DNA from: Rhizophagus irregularis
Taxonomy: Eukaryota
Assembly (NCBI RefSeq): GCF_026210795.1
Contig: NC_089434.1
Coordinates: forward strand, 496,001-560,000
DNA length: 64,000 bases
Direction of reading: 5' to 3'
The notes under the pieces were generated by a model that saw only the letters and a list, made by a program, of their open reading frames with translations, was not told the origin of the DNA and did not search any database. Positions within the stretch are counted from its first letter, which is position 1; every line of letters begins with the position of its first letter. The position numbers and the translations under genes are program-made. Below are positions 1 to 14,451 of this stretch, one piece after another.

Positions 1-3000
1 AACTTCCCAAATCAATCGAGAATCACTATTTCCATTTGTTATATGACGTAAACTACACGATTCTACATTCCTTAAAAAGAGCATCTCGTTATTACTCTGA
101 AAATTATCAAATATTTCCTTAATTTTAAGGACCTTTTTAGAGATTTCACTTTGTTCCGCTAATTTAGAAGTTCTTAATGGAAGTCTAAACAACGTTCCCT
201 TAAATTCTTTTGTAAAATCACAACCTAACGCCTCATAAGGATAACATTGATCTGGAAAATGCTTCTTAAATTCCAGGTCAATAAAATTGAATCTATTACC
301 TCTAAATCTTCTAGGAGGGTATCCTTGTGCTGGAAGATATTTTGCATTAGGGTCTAAAAATGCGATATATTTTCCACTTACAAAGCTAGGTAAATCTGTT
401 AAATGAAAAGCACAATTAAATCCTATTCCAAATCTACCAATTTTTGTATCATCATCAGATTTTCCTCCAACTCCAAGTTTAATCAAAGATTGAAAATCTT
501 TTGAAGTAAATTCAGCATCATTATAAATCCATATTGCGGGACCTTGCCAATCTTCCATCTCTTCTGATAAAAAAGATTTTTGTAGTTTATTATGACAAAA
601 TGGTTTTCTTTCGTCTACTATTATGGAAAAGTGTGTGGCTTTAGCATCATCTGCGTTCTATACATAGAAGAGAAATCATTACGTTAATTCTTTAGATGTA
701 ATTATTTTATATTAACTTCGTTCGTGTACTTACTTGAAGAAATTCTTTAAATATGGAGCTCGTCGGATAATCCTAAAAAAAAAAAAATTTAATAAATTTG
801 TGAATTAATGTTAATGCATATATGATGATTAATGAAATTATTAAAGTTACCTCGATAATATGTTTAATTCTAGTAGTTAATAATTCATTTTGTTCATATG
901 CATCCCAATTAATATCTCCACCGGTATTACTAATGCCAGTAATTTTTCCGGCTAAAGTTTGTAATTCCAATTCTTTAGCGATATCCAAAGTTACGAAACG
1001 ATGAGCAAGTTTATAATCTTTTTTCTCATCATCATCAAGTCTATCCTCCATATCATCAAATTGAATTTCATGTAAATTAACAAGAGTATCTTCAGTACTT
1101 GGTATTAATAATCCATCTAATTTTTCTCTTTCAATTCCTTCTCTTTTATTTTCCTTTTGTATTTTTGCGATATGTTCAAGAATTCTAATAATATTTGTGA
1201 TTTCAATCGCGGATAAGATTTTATCTTTATCCACTTTAACCATATTCTGAATAACTAAAATCAAATCCTTGATTCCAATCTCATCACGAACTCCCATATA
1301 TCTAAATAAAGATTTCATTCTATTATATTCCGTTGGAAGTTCAACAATTATAGAATTATTAACATGAAATTTATTTGGAAGATTAAAAACTACTTTTTCA
1401 GCTGGATAAAATATTTCTCCACATAAAATCCATGGATGAGTTTTTAAAGCTTTTTTTATAATCTCAAATTCTACATTAGATTTATAATCCCTTGAACGTG
1501 AATCAAAAATTTCATTAATATATTTATAAATAGCCATACAAATATCTTCCAAATTTTTTGGTGATTGTTTACTAAGTACTAATTTATAACAAAATATTAA
1601 TTGTTCTAAAACTTTTTCAACTTTAGGATAATTATCCCATCTTAAAAATTTTAAAAATTTCTTATTAACTTTTGTTTTAATTATAGGAGAAATTAAACCA
1701 ATTAAATCTTTATCTTTTTGACAATAACAATTATCAGATCTTGAAAATTTTATTTTTTCATTCATATCAATAGTTGGAATCCATTCTTTTTCTAAAATCG
1801 TTTTTGATAATAAATTATTATTAATATTACGAATAAATCTATTATTTTGTGAATCATTAATATTAAATGTATCCCATTTATCATCAATATATTTAAAAAG
1901 TTTGAACGCTTTGTTATGAATTAAAATTTCTTGAACGTTAGAATTTCTTCTTTGATTTATAATATTATTAATTCTATCAATAATATCGTTTGATGATAAT
2001 TCTGATTTAGTTCCTAATAATTTTAAAATTGGAAGGAATTTTTTAGATGATGAACCATATTTTCCAGCTGGAAAGACTTGTTCATTATCAAAGAAGAGTT
2101 CAATTACAGATTTTTCTTTAGGATCAAATAATTCTGTTGGTTTAACTAATTTTGTATCATAAGGAATTTGTTGATTTTGTAACGTCTTAATTGAACTTGC
2201 TGGTACAAAAGAAATATTTCCAAGTATATCCTTAAAATTTTCATCATTGGCAAGTAAAGTTGGTAATCTATCAAAAAGTTTATCGATAACTTTATCTAGA
2301 TCATTAAAATCTCGTAATTCTTTAATATAAGGTAAAACAAAAATTTTCCAATAATTATGACTATTTAATCTTGTGATTTTAATAATATCTTCTAATAAAA
2401 AATTTTGTGAATTCGTAGTAGAAAGAAATCCCCCTTTATCATTCGGATAAATAATTTTTCCATAAGATTTTTCTTCATCATGTGGTAAAAGATACCATTG
2501 CTTATTTCCTGGTAATAATGATATTGGTTTATCAATATTATCAATTTCTATAAATATTGGAAGATGTTTTATTACTTGAATAAGTTTTATATCAATATGA
2601 TTTCTATTATAAATTAATCTTAAATAATTTGATAAATGTTCAACGAACGCTAATGCTTCATGATTTTGTAAAGTACGATCCAAATTCTTTGGATATGTAG
2701 GATCGATTAGAAAAGAATTTAGAACCGATATAATATCATCAGGTTTGATAATGAACGAAGATATTCTAAAAAGAGGAAGAGGTAAACACATATTTTAGTT
2801 ATAATAAAAAAGAAGGGTTAACGATCGATGAAAATTCATAATGTAAATTAAATACTCACTTATTCCATTTAGAAATTTCACTATTATCAAATTCATTGTC
2901 GACGAAAACGGCGCCAAATTTTTCAAAAATATTAATTAAAGATTTACTAATAGTAATATCTTTACTTGTTTGATTAGAAAAAATTTTTTGTGGAGTTTTT

Positions 3001-5565
3001 AATTTTCTTAAAGTAGAATGATTCGTTGGTATTAAATGAATATCTTCAAATTTTGTTAAATCCCAATCCCTATATTTAAAATTTTTCCATAATATATAAA
3101 TCCATTCATTATTATTTAATATTTGTATTTCATCATCCGATTTTTTTCCAATAAAGTTTCCAATAATTGATTTAAAATTTCTTCCGTTATCATTTAAAGG
3201 ATTCAATGAAAATCTGATCATATCTGCTATAACTGATTCATCCAAAATTTTGATATTTAAATTCCACCCTTTTTTTACAATATCATATAAACGGTTATAT
3301 AATCTTGAACTAATATTTTTATCAACAAATTTTTCTAACTGATTTTTGAAAATATTTTCTTCATCATATTCATGACTTTTAGTTGTGCTTGTTGGTCCAA
3401 TATAAACGCAAGAATTGTTGGATTTCATTAATGCACCAAGTGTACCATTAGCTAGCGGAATCATTTTAAATCCTATTAATTTATCAAATTCTTTATTCTC
3501 TTCTAAGATATAATCAAATAATTGTAAAACCTTTTCTCTTGATATTTTATCTTCCCATCTACAACGATTACGACTTAAATAATTACGAATAATAACAGGG
3601 GAATAAAAATTGATGAAGTCATTATGATTAGAATTTTTTAAGATTCTAACGAATTCAAGAGGAATTGTTATTATGGGAAATCCAATCTCTCCGATTATCT
3701 TTGATAAGGAATCACCAATAAATTCATCTTTTAAATAACCGTGAGATAATGATAACCAATGAAATTTTGATTGTTGATGTTGTGATGATTTATATGAACT
3801 AGCTAAAATTCCAACTACTTCACCAATAGGATTTGTTGTAGGAGGTCCTTGAAATACACGATCGTTGATACTAAGACAATTTATGACATTTCGTAAAAGA
3901 TCCTTACAAAAAGTATTTATGCTACCAGTACCAACTTTAACTATTGGCCAAAATTTATATAGATCTTTTGGTTCTATATTAGGGGCTTTGAGAGGGAGTT
4001 CACAAAGAAATTTCGCCCAAGCCTTTGGTAGAACGTTCTCAAATAAATATCGATTCCACATAACTTTATAATGCGCAGATCCATCCTCCGCCTAAAAAGA
4101 TAATAACGTTAGGTAAACTGCTATAAAATTATGAAACAGCACAACTTAACGTAAAGAAATATTGATTGTTTACCAAATCCTCTTTGTCCGCCGCCGACCA
4201 TAAAGAACGTCGATTAGTACTAACCTATTAGGAAAAAAGTAATATTAATCTCAAGGGGTCATTAAATAATAATAATAATAATAATAATTCCGGTTCTTAC
4301 CGCGAAATACCCATGTACAGAGACGCAAAAAGGCATAGATATCGGAAGAGGTAAAAAGCAAAATAATCTTCCGGTATCATTTAAATTATCCAATGGAACA
4401 GCCAGACCAACATTGGGGACGAACTTGTAATCTCTAAGCTTTTCTTTAAAAAGTGCTTCAGCTTCTTTTAAATTATCAAGGTAATTCAAGATTAACCATG
4501 AACTATTAGGCTCTTTAAAATCTCCATTCTGACGAGAAAATGTAGCAACATAAGATGCTTGTGATTGATTATTATCAGGGAGTGATGTAGATTTTAACGA
4601 ACTCATAATTGATACAATATTTTTAACTATCAAACGTCGTTTATTCCTAACTTGATTAGCATTCTCCAATTGAATTGAATAAATTAATATAGGTTCAGAT
4701 TCGCCTTCTTTTAATTCATAAAAGGAGATACGTTCAATATATTTTAAAAACAATAAACAATTGATGCTCTCCTTTTCATAAAATTTTTGAAACATGGCCA
4801 AAATTTCATCTGGCTTATAAATTTTTTTAGAAATATCAGAATCTATAGAATCATCATCAGTACGAAGAGGATAACGAAAAATGGTGCCTTTAAATGATTT
4901 ATCACAAGGGATTCTGAAGGGAGCAAATTGATTCGGATATTCATCATACAATTTCTCATCAACAAAATCGAATTCGACGCCACCATTAAAATACCATTCA
5001 TGTGGATCGAGGATGACATATTTATCGCCGGTGATGAAAGAAGGAGAATCAGTAATATGATAAATTGAATTGAAACCCACTCCCATTACTAAAAAGAATT
5101 AGAAATTTAGAAAAATTAGAAAATTTTATTATATATGATTGTTATTACGTAAAATCAATAAGTAAAACAAGAAAAAAAAAATTATTTTATTTTTTTACCT
5201 CCAATCTTATCATACTGATCACGTTTTTCACTATCAGCCAATTTCAATAAAGATTGAAAATCTCTTTCTTCAAAAATGGTATTATTCTTTGCTAATAAAG
5301 CAGGACCTTGATATCTATCAAGTTTCAAATCAGTTCTATTATAATTATCTAAATCCGGTTCAAATAAATTATCTTTTGGATATGTATTATGATCCAAAAT
5401 GAAAATTTGTTCGGTACTTTTTGCGTCATCAGAATTTTGTAGTATTTCACGAAGAACTTGTGAACCATCAGGATAATCCTCAAGAATTTTACGTAAACGG
5501 TGAGTATAAGGTTCTCTTGGTTTAAATTCTCTTCCTTTTGCTTTCTTAGGAGTTTTATTAGACAT
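1..5565 (-). CDS. Sacsin-like protein with repeated GHKL/HATPase-like sacsin repeats; multi-exon, 3' end runs off the left edge of the window
   Basis: ATG at 5565. Sacsin repeat motifs: LREILQNSDDAKS, YQGPALL..NN..F...DFQSL, DKIG|VMGVGFNSIYHITD.PSF (intron 5089-5198), GTIFRYPLR, GRLFCFLPLP..VHGYFAV|STNRR. A second repeat starts near 850-660 (EFLQ|NADDAKA...WQGPAIWIYNDAEF...KIGRFGIGFN...TLFRLPLR). ORFs 5182-5565, 4262-5086, 2856-4061 and 773-2791 are exons of one gene. Confidence 0.88.
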
Positions 5566-7404
5566 TTTTTTTTTTTTACGTTAAAATGAAGGGGAATAAG
5601 CAGTATCGGGTATGGAGGAAGGATCCAAATTCAATCATTTTATAGGGGGACGCTCAAACAAATATAGACATCAATCATGTAATTGTATCCGGAAAAGGCA
5701 AGATACCGATCCATCCTAAAGGAGGAATCCGGAAAGCCGGTAGACAAGCCTTAATTCCAAAACTAGTAAGCATTAACCTTTTAAGGATTAACGTGACTAT
5801 GCACGCGGTTCCCTAAAGTTTAGCGTTACTAAATTATTACACACAAGATAAGTTGATCAAAGTAGAACAATATGGTAAACTAATAATAAGTTGCTACTAA
5901 GTCAAAATTAGTCAGACTAATGAAGATCCGGAATTTGACAATACAAGTAAATTGGATAACGGAGTTATAGTATGACAACTTGTAATGTTTTTTTCATTCA
6001 TAATCAAAAAACAAATTACCAATTAAGATATTTAAAATACCACAATCAGTTGTTGTGTGCAATCTAGCGCATGTGGTACATAAATCTTAATTTTAAAGGT
6101 GATTGTGATTTTTTTGATTCTTGCACAAAAAAATATAAAATATATTTAATAAAATCTTGAAAATTTTTAATCACATTTTTTACGGAATATGAAGATCCAA
6201 AACTAATGGGTCCATAATTTTGGTCGACTTTTTTAAAAATAATTAAAGTAAATTTTTCGTTGCGAGAAAAAAAAATATTTTGATTCATAATTAAATCAAA
6301 TGTATATCATAAAATAATTTAATTTGAATAAGAAATGATCAGCCGAATTGTTTGACAAAAATAGATTATTAAATTTGGTGACTAAGCAATTAGAAATCAA
6401 AATAATGATGAAATGATGATTTTATCGTACGTTCTTTAGAAGTTAGAACAGTTCTGTATAATGATGATCGAAATTGAACTTTATTCTATTTCCACTTAGT
6501 TTTTTTTTACTTTAGGATCTAAGGTTCAAAAAAAAAAGGATCATTTAATGCAAGAATTTTTTTGTAAAATTTAATTAAAAAAAAATATCAAATTAACAAC
6601 TTACATGTGATTAAAAGTATTAAGACGGAAATTATTTTAAATATTCTGTCACATTACAAAATGATGGGTGTAATCAGTAATGATATAATATCATACCAAA
6701 TACATTAAAATATTTTCCTAAATTTGCTACTAACATAGACAAGTTGATTTTCCAAATAATTATTTAAAGTTTAATTCCTCGTATAATTCGGTCCGCCGAA
6801 TTATGATATTATCACAAATAGATGTTGTATAGTTTCCTGACTCCTGAGTTCGTGCCGCAAGTTGTCAGGTTAATTCCGCTAACGAACGAAACCCTCCTGT
6901 TAGTTATATATCCAGACTTTAAGCTAGGTTAATTACATAACTATTACCCTTCAAAACCTGTTTAGTTTATTGAAATAAATTATACGGATCTATTTGATGT
7001 AAAATCATTTTGTTATCTTATCTTTAATATTATTTTGCGCGTTTTGTAGCGTTTATACTTTATAGCTATGATCACTATATTTGTTTATTTTTATTTCTGT
7101 GATAATAAATGAAAATAAATTATTTTGTGGAATTACTACATCATATGACCATCATATGACATGAGTAGATCAATGAACAATACTAAGATTTTGATTGTTA
7201 CGCAATTAATTTGTTTACTTGTTACGGTGTTTCGGACGACAAAATCCGAAACGCTTCGCCCATGTTTTATCCAAAACCTCCGAAATTCTAATTTGAGAAT
7301 GCTTTTGTAGACAATTTTAGCTTTGTCCAAAACACTAACGACCATAAATGGGTATTGTTCGCACGTTTAAAAGCTGCTGTTTTTTTAATTGTTTTATAAA
7401 ATTA

Positions 7405-7815
7405 CGTCTATTATTCGAAGTGATTTAGTTCATAAAGCAATTATTAGAGCAATTAAGTAGTTTATTGACGATGACTTTCATAAAAAAGCTGAATTTATTC
7501 AACAAAAAATTATTGCTGACAATCCTATGAAAAAAACTGAAGCAATTAGATTAGAATATAAGTTATATGATCAAAGATAAATTCTTTAACCAAAAATGTT
7601 GCTTTAACTTATTGCGAATATTGTATTGAAAATAGCTCAAAAAATAAATTTTTAAATCGGTCATCTGAAAATAATGATATTGATAATTTAATACAAAAAT
7701 GTCAATTATACACTGGCACCAGAATGTATTGATGGAAGATATGAAGAATGGGATTTTATAAAAGAAATTTGGAAATCAATATGTAATACTTTAGAAAATC
7801 ATGAAAGTGCCGAAA
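7405..7815 (+). pseudogene. Degenerate remnant of the N-terminal exon of a TKL kinase gene
   Basis: Fragmented translations SIIRSDLVHKAIIRAI*, HKKAEFIQQKIIADN, NNDIDNLIQKCQ and IDGRYEEWD match the first exon of the neighbouring kinases, with stops and deletions. Confidence 0.65.
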
Positions 7816-9901
7816 AATGTTACTTTTTTTTCTTTAAGACCAGGTTTCGAAGTACTGGACGAATGAAATTGGTAAGTTCGTCTGACTTCGATTTTTTTTT
7901 TTTCAAGTGTTTTTTCATTTTTTAGGGTAACGGATTTCAACGAACCGGACTTAAGGTCTGTAGGTCTCCGGCTTTCGAAAACTTTTTCTAAAACGTTTCC
8001 TTTAACTTTTTTTTTTCTTTTGAAGGACTCCGGTGAATTTGTTTGAGTCTTGGAACCTGAAACTTTGGCTAGTTTTCGAATCTACTTTTAAAAACTTTAA
8101 AAAATAGTTTTTTTTTCTATAAGAAACATTTTCGCTAACGTTTTTTGTAGTTTAGCTAGTTACTGCTTATTGGGCAGACTCTTGAGCACAAGTTTTAATA
8201 ATTGTTTGCAAAACCAACTGGCAAACCATTAACAGGAAGTAAAGAATTATTGTACTTATAAACTTGTTAATATTAATAATAATAAATTAGTAATTAATGT
8301 AATTAATGCTAATTTACGTTAAAACCTACCAATAAGTAAATAACTGAGCCTGAATTTGCCCGATTTTCCTGACGAAAAGTCACGTGACCGCTTCAGTTAT
8401 GCTAGGTAGTACATTACGGATTTGGCCGGAATTAAGTAGGGAATGATTCAATATTGTAAAGTTAATTTGCTAAGTCACATGATTATATGGCAAATATTTG
8501 TCATGTAACCTCGAAACCAAGATTTAAAAGAGAGAAAGTTTAATATATCATATTTCATGTCTTATAAATTAAAATGTTATGATTTATTAATAATCGTGTT
8601 AATTTTTCAAAAATATTCAAATTAAAAGTTAATTGCACTGCAAATATTGAAAATTAACATTATGGATTTATTGTAATTTTTTAACTCTTATTTTCCATTT
8701 TTTTTTCATTATAAATCACAATAATTTAATCGTTACCTGTTACCATACGAAATATTTGATATTTTTGTGCAGTACCTCACCGTTAAAGTTAAAAAATCTA
8801 TGAATTAAATGATATTTTCAAATCATTATATACTCAATGTACGGTACGATATTATTATCTTGTAAAATATTAGAGTTCTAATTGATTTAAAGGTAAAATA
8901 TTTAACGGATTCACAACTTACCAAAACTTGAGTTAATTTGTAGATAGAACTATAATTATAATTATTAATAACTTTAAAATGAAAAAAAACGCAATAATAT
9001 CATAAACCACAAAAAAAAATTGCTATTTTTTTCGAAATCATAAATAGTTGCATCCATTATGTTAATTTGTCTATACTGTACAATATTAAACTTATTGGTT
9101 ATCCTAAGTGCATTATTTATAATCGTATCCTTTATCAGAATAAAATCTCTTGAAGTTGCTGGATGTGATAAATAAATCTTCTAACAACCGTTAATCACAA
9201 AAATTAGTCAAATTTTTCTAGAGCACATAATTTCACCATAATATTATCAGATAATCTTTTAAGAAATTTTCCTTATCACGAATTATTGAATTAGATCGTA
9301 AAAATTAAGTACAATTAGAATACTTAATTTTATGTTAATGAAAATAATTTAATATAGTTGCTTAATTTGCGAAATTAATAATCTTATTCTCTTATACACT
9401 TAGAGGTAATTTTTATACATTCTTTGAGAACGCTTTCAAACTTTATCCTTATAAGATCATCCATTAAAATGATGTACTAAATATAAGGGTTATAGCGAAA
9501 AGATTTAAGGATTATATAGTAGGTACAAAATATTTAGTCTAACCACTTATAGTATATATATTACATCTGTGAAAATGATGGAAAAAATTAGGATTTTGAT
9601 AATGTAATTTTATTAATTATGCGACAATTGACATGATGACTGTTATTAATTTCATTCTCATTACTTTGGTTTATCAAAACAAATTCACTTAAACCATAAT
9701 TTATAATAAATATGAAATTGAGTTATTTAAAGATTACAAACTAAGAAACTTTGTAAGATAACTTACTACTCTAGACTTAGTGTTTAAAATAATTCAAAAA
9801 TAATAAAAAAAATATGAAGAATACTTTATATACCAATCATAAAAAATTTGTGATTCGTATCTAAATATCTGAAAAATTGAAAAAAAATTAACAAATTAGG
9901 T

Positions 9902-12186
9902 TTAAGAATAAATAGTATCTGAAATATCATCATTTAGAAAATTTTCTTTACCATCAGGAATTTCAAATTCATCTTGTTCTTCTGAATGAAGGTTTGGATT
10001 ATTATACACTTCATCTTCATCCATAAATAAGAACATAAAAAATCATTATTATCAGTAATATTACTCCAGTTATACAAAAGTTAATTTCACATACCATCAA
10101 TATAAGAATGATGTTTCATTATTTCTTTGTTACTATTATAATCTATTTGAAAAGATATATGAATAAATAAATAAATCATATTTCGCAAAATGTTTTTGAT
10201 CAATTTAGTACATTATATCGGTTATTTTACTCACCATTTTTTACTTGTAGTTTCTCAAATTTTTCGTATAATTAACTATCAGCATTATTAACTAGAAAAT
10301 TTTTAAGATATGTATTTAATATTAATTTACATAGTTATTTTTAATATGCAAAAAATACTAATAATTACCTTTAAAAATACTGATTTTATTTGATGTGCTG
10401 TAATTCTCCTGATCATTAGATTTGCCAAAATCATCAACTAAAATAAATCTAAATGCATTGATTTTATTATAAGAAATTTATTACGAATTTAATAAAATAC
10501 TTACCGCTATCAGGGATATAAAAATTATCATATGATTTGCTATGAAATGCTAAAAATTTATAAAAATAGTTAACAATAAATAAGATTTGATATATAAATT
10601 GTTCAATTTATACCTTCTTGTTCTCCTGTTGAATTTTAAATAAAAAATAACAATATAAAACATATTATATTAATTATTAGTATTTATAAATGAAGATAAT
10701 TAGTAACTAATATGTGATAATATACCTTCTGTTGCATTTCTTGGTTCAGGAAAACTTTCAAAATTATAAATTTTGCTACTTGTAAATAATATGCTGCTAG
10801 TTTCTTTTACTTCTTTTAAGCTATTTGTTTTATTTCTTTCTAAATTATTATTTTCTTCTAGTTCATTTGGCATATTCAGATATTTTTGGTAAGTTTCTTT
10901 TATTTTTTTCTTAAGTGTTTTAATGTAAGGTCTTTTTAATGGATCAGCATCCCAACATTGTTTCATTAAATTTTTGTATTCTAAAGGAGTTCCTGATACT
11001 ATTCTTGGTCTTATACCATTAATAATATTCATTGCAAGATAATAATCATGTTCATAATTATTAAAAGGCGGCTTTCCAGATGAAATTTCCCACATAAGCA
11101 TTGAAATACTGTAAATATCAGATTTAAAAGTATATTCTTTTCCAGCAATAACCTCAGGTGCTATATAAGGAAGATTTCCATATATACTTTTTGATGATTT
11201 GTTTACAGGACCACAAAATCCAAGGTCACTAATAAGGAATCTTTGATTGACTTGTATAAATAATATATTACCAGAATGTAAATCTCTATGGATTGCATTT
11301 TCATCATGAATACCCTTGAGTGCATTAGTTATGTAATAAATAAATTGAATTTTTCTTTCCCATGTAAGTTGATTATAGTTTTGCTGTAAATATTCTCTTA
11401 AATTTAAATCCATTTTATTCATTACAAGCATGTAATTCCCATCTGATGGATCTTGCGTTAAGCCATGACATTGGACAATATCGGGAGATTTATTACTAAT
11501 AGTAAAATGTGATTTTGCCTATAAAAAAAAAAGAATATTAGTTAATTTATCGCTAATAAGATAATTATTAATTACTGAATCATTAAGTTACTAACCTCTT
11601 CAAACCAACTTTGATCTGCACTTCCAACACTTTCTAATCTTTTAAGTATTACTCCTTGATTTCCAAATCTTGTTAATTGATGCTTCATAGTATCCCATTC
11701 ATAATACGCTCCATTAATCCAAAAAGCTGTATAGATTTCCGAGAATCCACCTTTTGTTAGATATTTAATACTTTGTAAATTATCATATGGAATCCACTCA
11801 ACTATTCTTCGTGGATCAATTGCTTCCATTTGACATTTTTGTATTAAATTATCGATATCATTATTTCCAGATGTCCAATTTAAAAAATTTAATTTTAAAT
11901 AATTTCGAACACAATATTCACAATATGATATAGCTAAACATTTTTGGTTACAATTTTCACAAATTCTTCTCGTCCCCTTATTATATTTAACTTTATTTTC
12001 ATCAATAACTTTATTTATTCTTCTTATTGCATAAGTCTTTTCATCATTTGTAAAAGATTTATCAGCAAGAACCGTTTGTTGTATAAATTCATGTTTTTTG
12101 TCAATGTCATTGTGAGTATTAAAATCTATTAATGCAATCGCTCTAGTTATTGCCACACTAATTAGCTCAACTCTTATAACAGACAT
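9902..12186 (-). CDS. Tyrosine-kinase-like (TKL) protein kinase, Glomeromycotina-expanded type, with Cys-rich N-terminal region and a multi-exon C-terminal tail
   Basis: Exon ORFs 11572-12186 and 10700-11431. Motifs CENCNQKCLAISYCEYC, WTSGNNDIDNLIQKCQ, EWIPY, KGGFSEIY, VILKRL, IHRDLHSGN, SDLG, GNLPYIAPE, CWDADPLKRP. Small tail exons at 10614-10625, 10505-10549 and 10369-10437. The 3' end is uncertain: an in-frame TAA at 10272-10274 if the next exon is used, otherwise ~9902. Confidence 0.85.
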
Positions 12187-14451
12187 AACAAAATATTTCT
12201 TTTAATTTTATTGTAAAGAAGGGTTTCGGAACGGAGTTTCATGTACCGGCTGTACCCGCCGCCTTTTGATCAACAAATTTGTATCACATGCTACAACAAA
12301 CCTAAATTCTATGTAGCACAGCATCATTAGATTATAATTTTTGCATGGAAAATAAAATAAAAAATAAAACCGTGCAATAATTTCGATATAAGCTTAGGTA
12401 TTTTGTCAACTTTTGAATTTAAACTTCAAAATTATTTGTTATAATTTAGAATTGAAAGAATTTTCTATGACAGATATTGAATTTTGTCTATTTGTAACTT
12501 TGTAAAAAATTCTAGAATATAAATTGAAAAATTTATCAATTCAATTTTTACAGGATTCATGTGTTTAATGGGGAAGGATTACTAAGTCACGTTTCTATGG
12601 GAAATCGTCTAAGATCACGTGACCTTTACCAAAAAAATTCATATTTACATTTCGAATATTATCCCTTAAACTGTTTTGCAGCCAAATTTGCCTGCAATTT
12701 TGTTTTTTAATTAAAGCCACTTTTAAATACCTTAAAATATTTTATTACATAAACCAATATTTTTATAATAAATTCTATAGTATTTTCTAAATAAAAATCG
12801 AAAAAAAGTTCAATTTGATTAATGATTTTTTAAAAGTAAATGATCGACAAATTATAACAAATAGTAGCTAAATTTTTTAAATTGAAATATCTTTTTATCT
12901 ATTAACCCTAGAAATATAAAATTACCACCATTTGATGCATCTTAATGAGAAGAATCTGATGGAAATAAAATTATCCTTTCACAAATATTATGTGACAGGA
13001 TAACTTATAAAACCTAAAATTTTATGAATTAATATAACTTTTTATTTATCAATTTTAGAGTTATGATTTTATTACCATTAAATGCGCCTTAATAAGAGGA
13101 ATCTAACAAATATAATTTCATCTTTCTATGATCACTAGATCTTTAGATATTGTAAAAATTCAAAAATTTTTAAAATTAATTTAAGCCCCTACAGTTTAAG
13201 GGATAATATCTTCGTGAATTTCTAACAATTTTTTTATTTGCTGAGCTGAGAATCCTCAATTTTCCTTTTTTTTCGATAAATCAAAATAATTTAATTATTA
13301 CAATACTGATATTATTCACTTCAATGATAAGTAGAAATGTATGATAAAAATATGATATTAAGCCTTCGACGAATTTGCTACAATGGATGACTTTAACTTT
13401 TAATGTATCGAAGTTTTTAATTGTTTAATTATTTTTTTTGAGGGGGTTAATTTATAGATAACCTACTTTTTTTTCTAAAAGCTAATAAAAAATTTTGATC
13501 AGATTTCGTGAATTGGAAAATTTTTTTATTCAAGTACGACGATTTCTGCCAAGATCTTCACGATTTATTCATTAGTAAATTATATTACCATGTGTAAGAT
13601 TATTATTATTAACAATTTTAATTACCAAATTTTAAGATTAACTTTATTATAGTTAAAATTCTAATGTCACGAATAAAATTATTATAATTTGTAATAAGAT
13701 TGGAGAACGTTAAAGTATTGTTTATTAACGTTGATTTTTTAGCTAATAAAGTGACTTTAATTTATATTATCATCGAATATTAATCTTTTTTTTCTTAATA
13801 TAATAGAAGAATCAAAATCAACATTGAAAATTTGAATAATTTAAATGGTATACTAATTCATTTAAAGTTTATTACAATACTGTATATTTACTAATAAAAT
13901 TTATCAGATAACAAATTATAGGCTATTAAACTTTATATATGAAATCTTACTATTCTAATCTTAGTGTTGAATATAATTAATCGAATATTAGGATTATTGC
14001 GATTTTCATAAAAAAAATGTTTCGTGTGAATTGTTTTGCATGCCATCAATAACTAAGGATCTTAATAATTTTAACGTAAAATCAATATTTATAAGTTTAA
14101 ACAAAGATGTTATTGTAAAAATTTATGTCGCTTCTTGACATACTATTTTCATGAAGTTAAAGATTATTTTTCAACTTGTTTTAATAAATTCATGTATAAC
14201 GAATGGAATAATCTGTCGTGATTTTACAATGTTTATGACATAAATTTACGTTAAGATAATTAATTTTCGCCTAAATAATATATGGTAGTAAATACATTTA
14301 ATAATTTGAATAAATTTATTAAAATTATTTAAATTACAAACTAAGAATTTTACTACTCTAGTCTTAGTGTTTAAATAATCCAAGATAAAAAAATAAAAAA
14401 ATAAATAAATGATAATAATTTAAAATATAAAAAAAAACATCATTAAATGAT

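Noticed and set aside
6064..7345. Short AT-rich ORFs (6064-6288, 7136-7345; likewise 24435-24695, 49583-49813, 58432-58659, 61376-61576, 63325-63537)
   Set aside because: Low-complexity composition expected by chance; no motifs or paralog support.
12587..12623. CACGTG E-box-like sites upstream of kinases (also ~19395-19430, 8380, 47967)
   Set aside because: Shared only because of a recent duplication or located within repeats; insufficient evidence of function.
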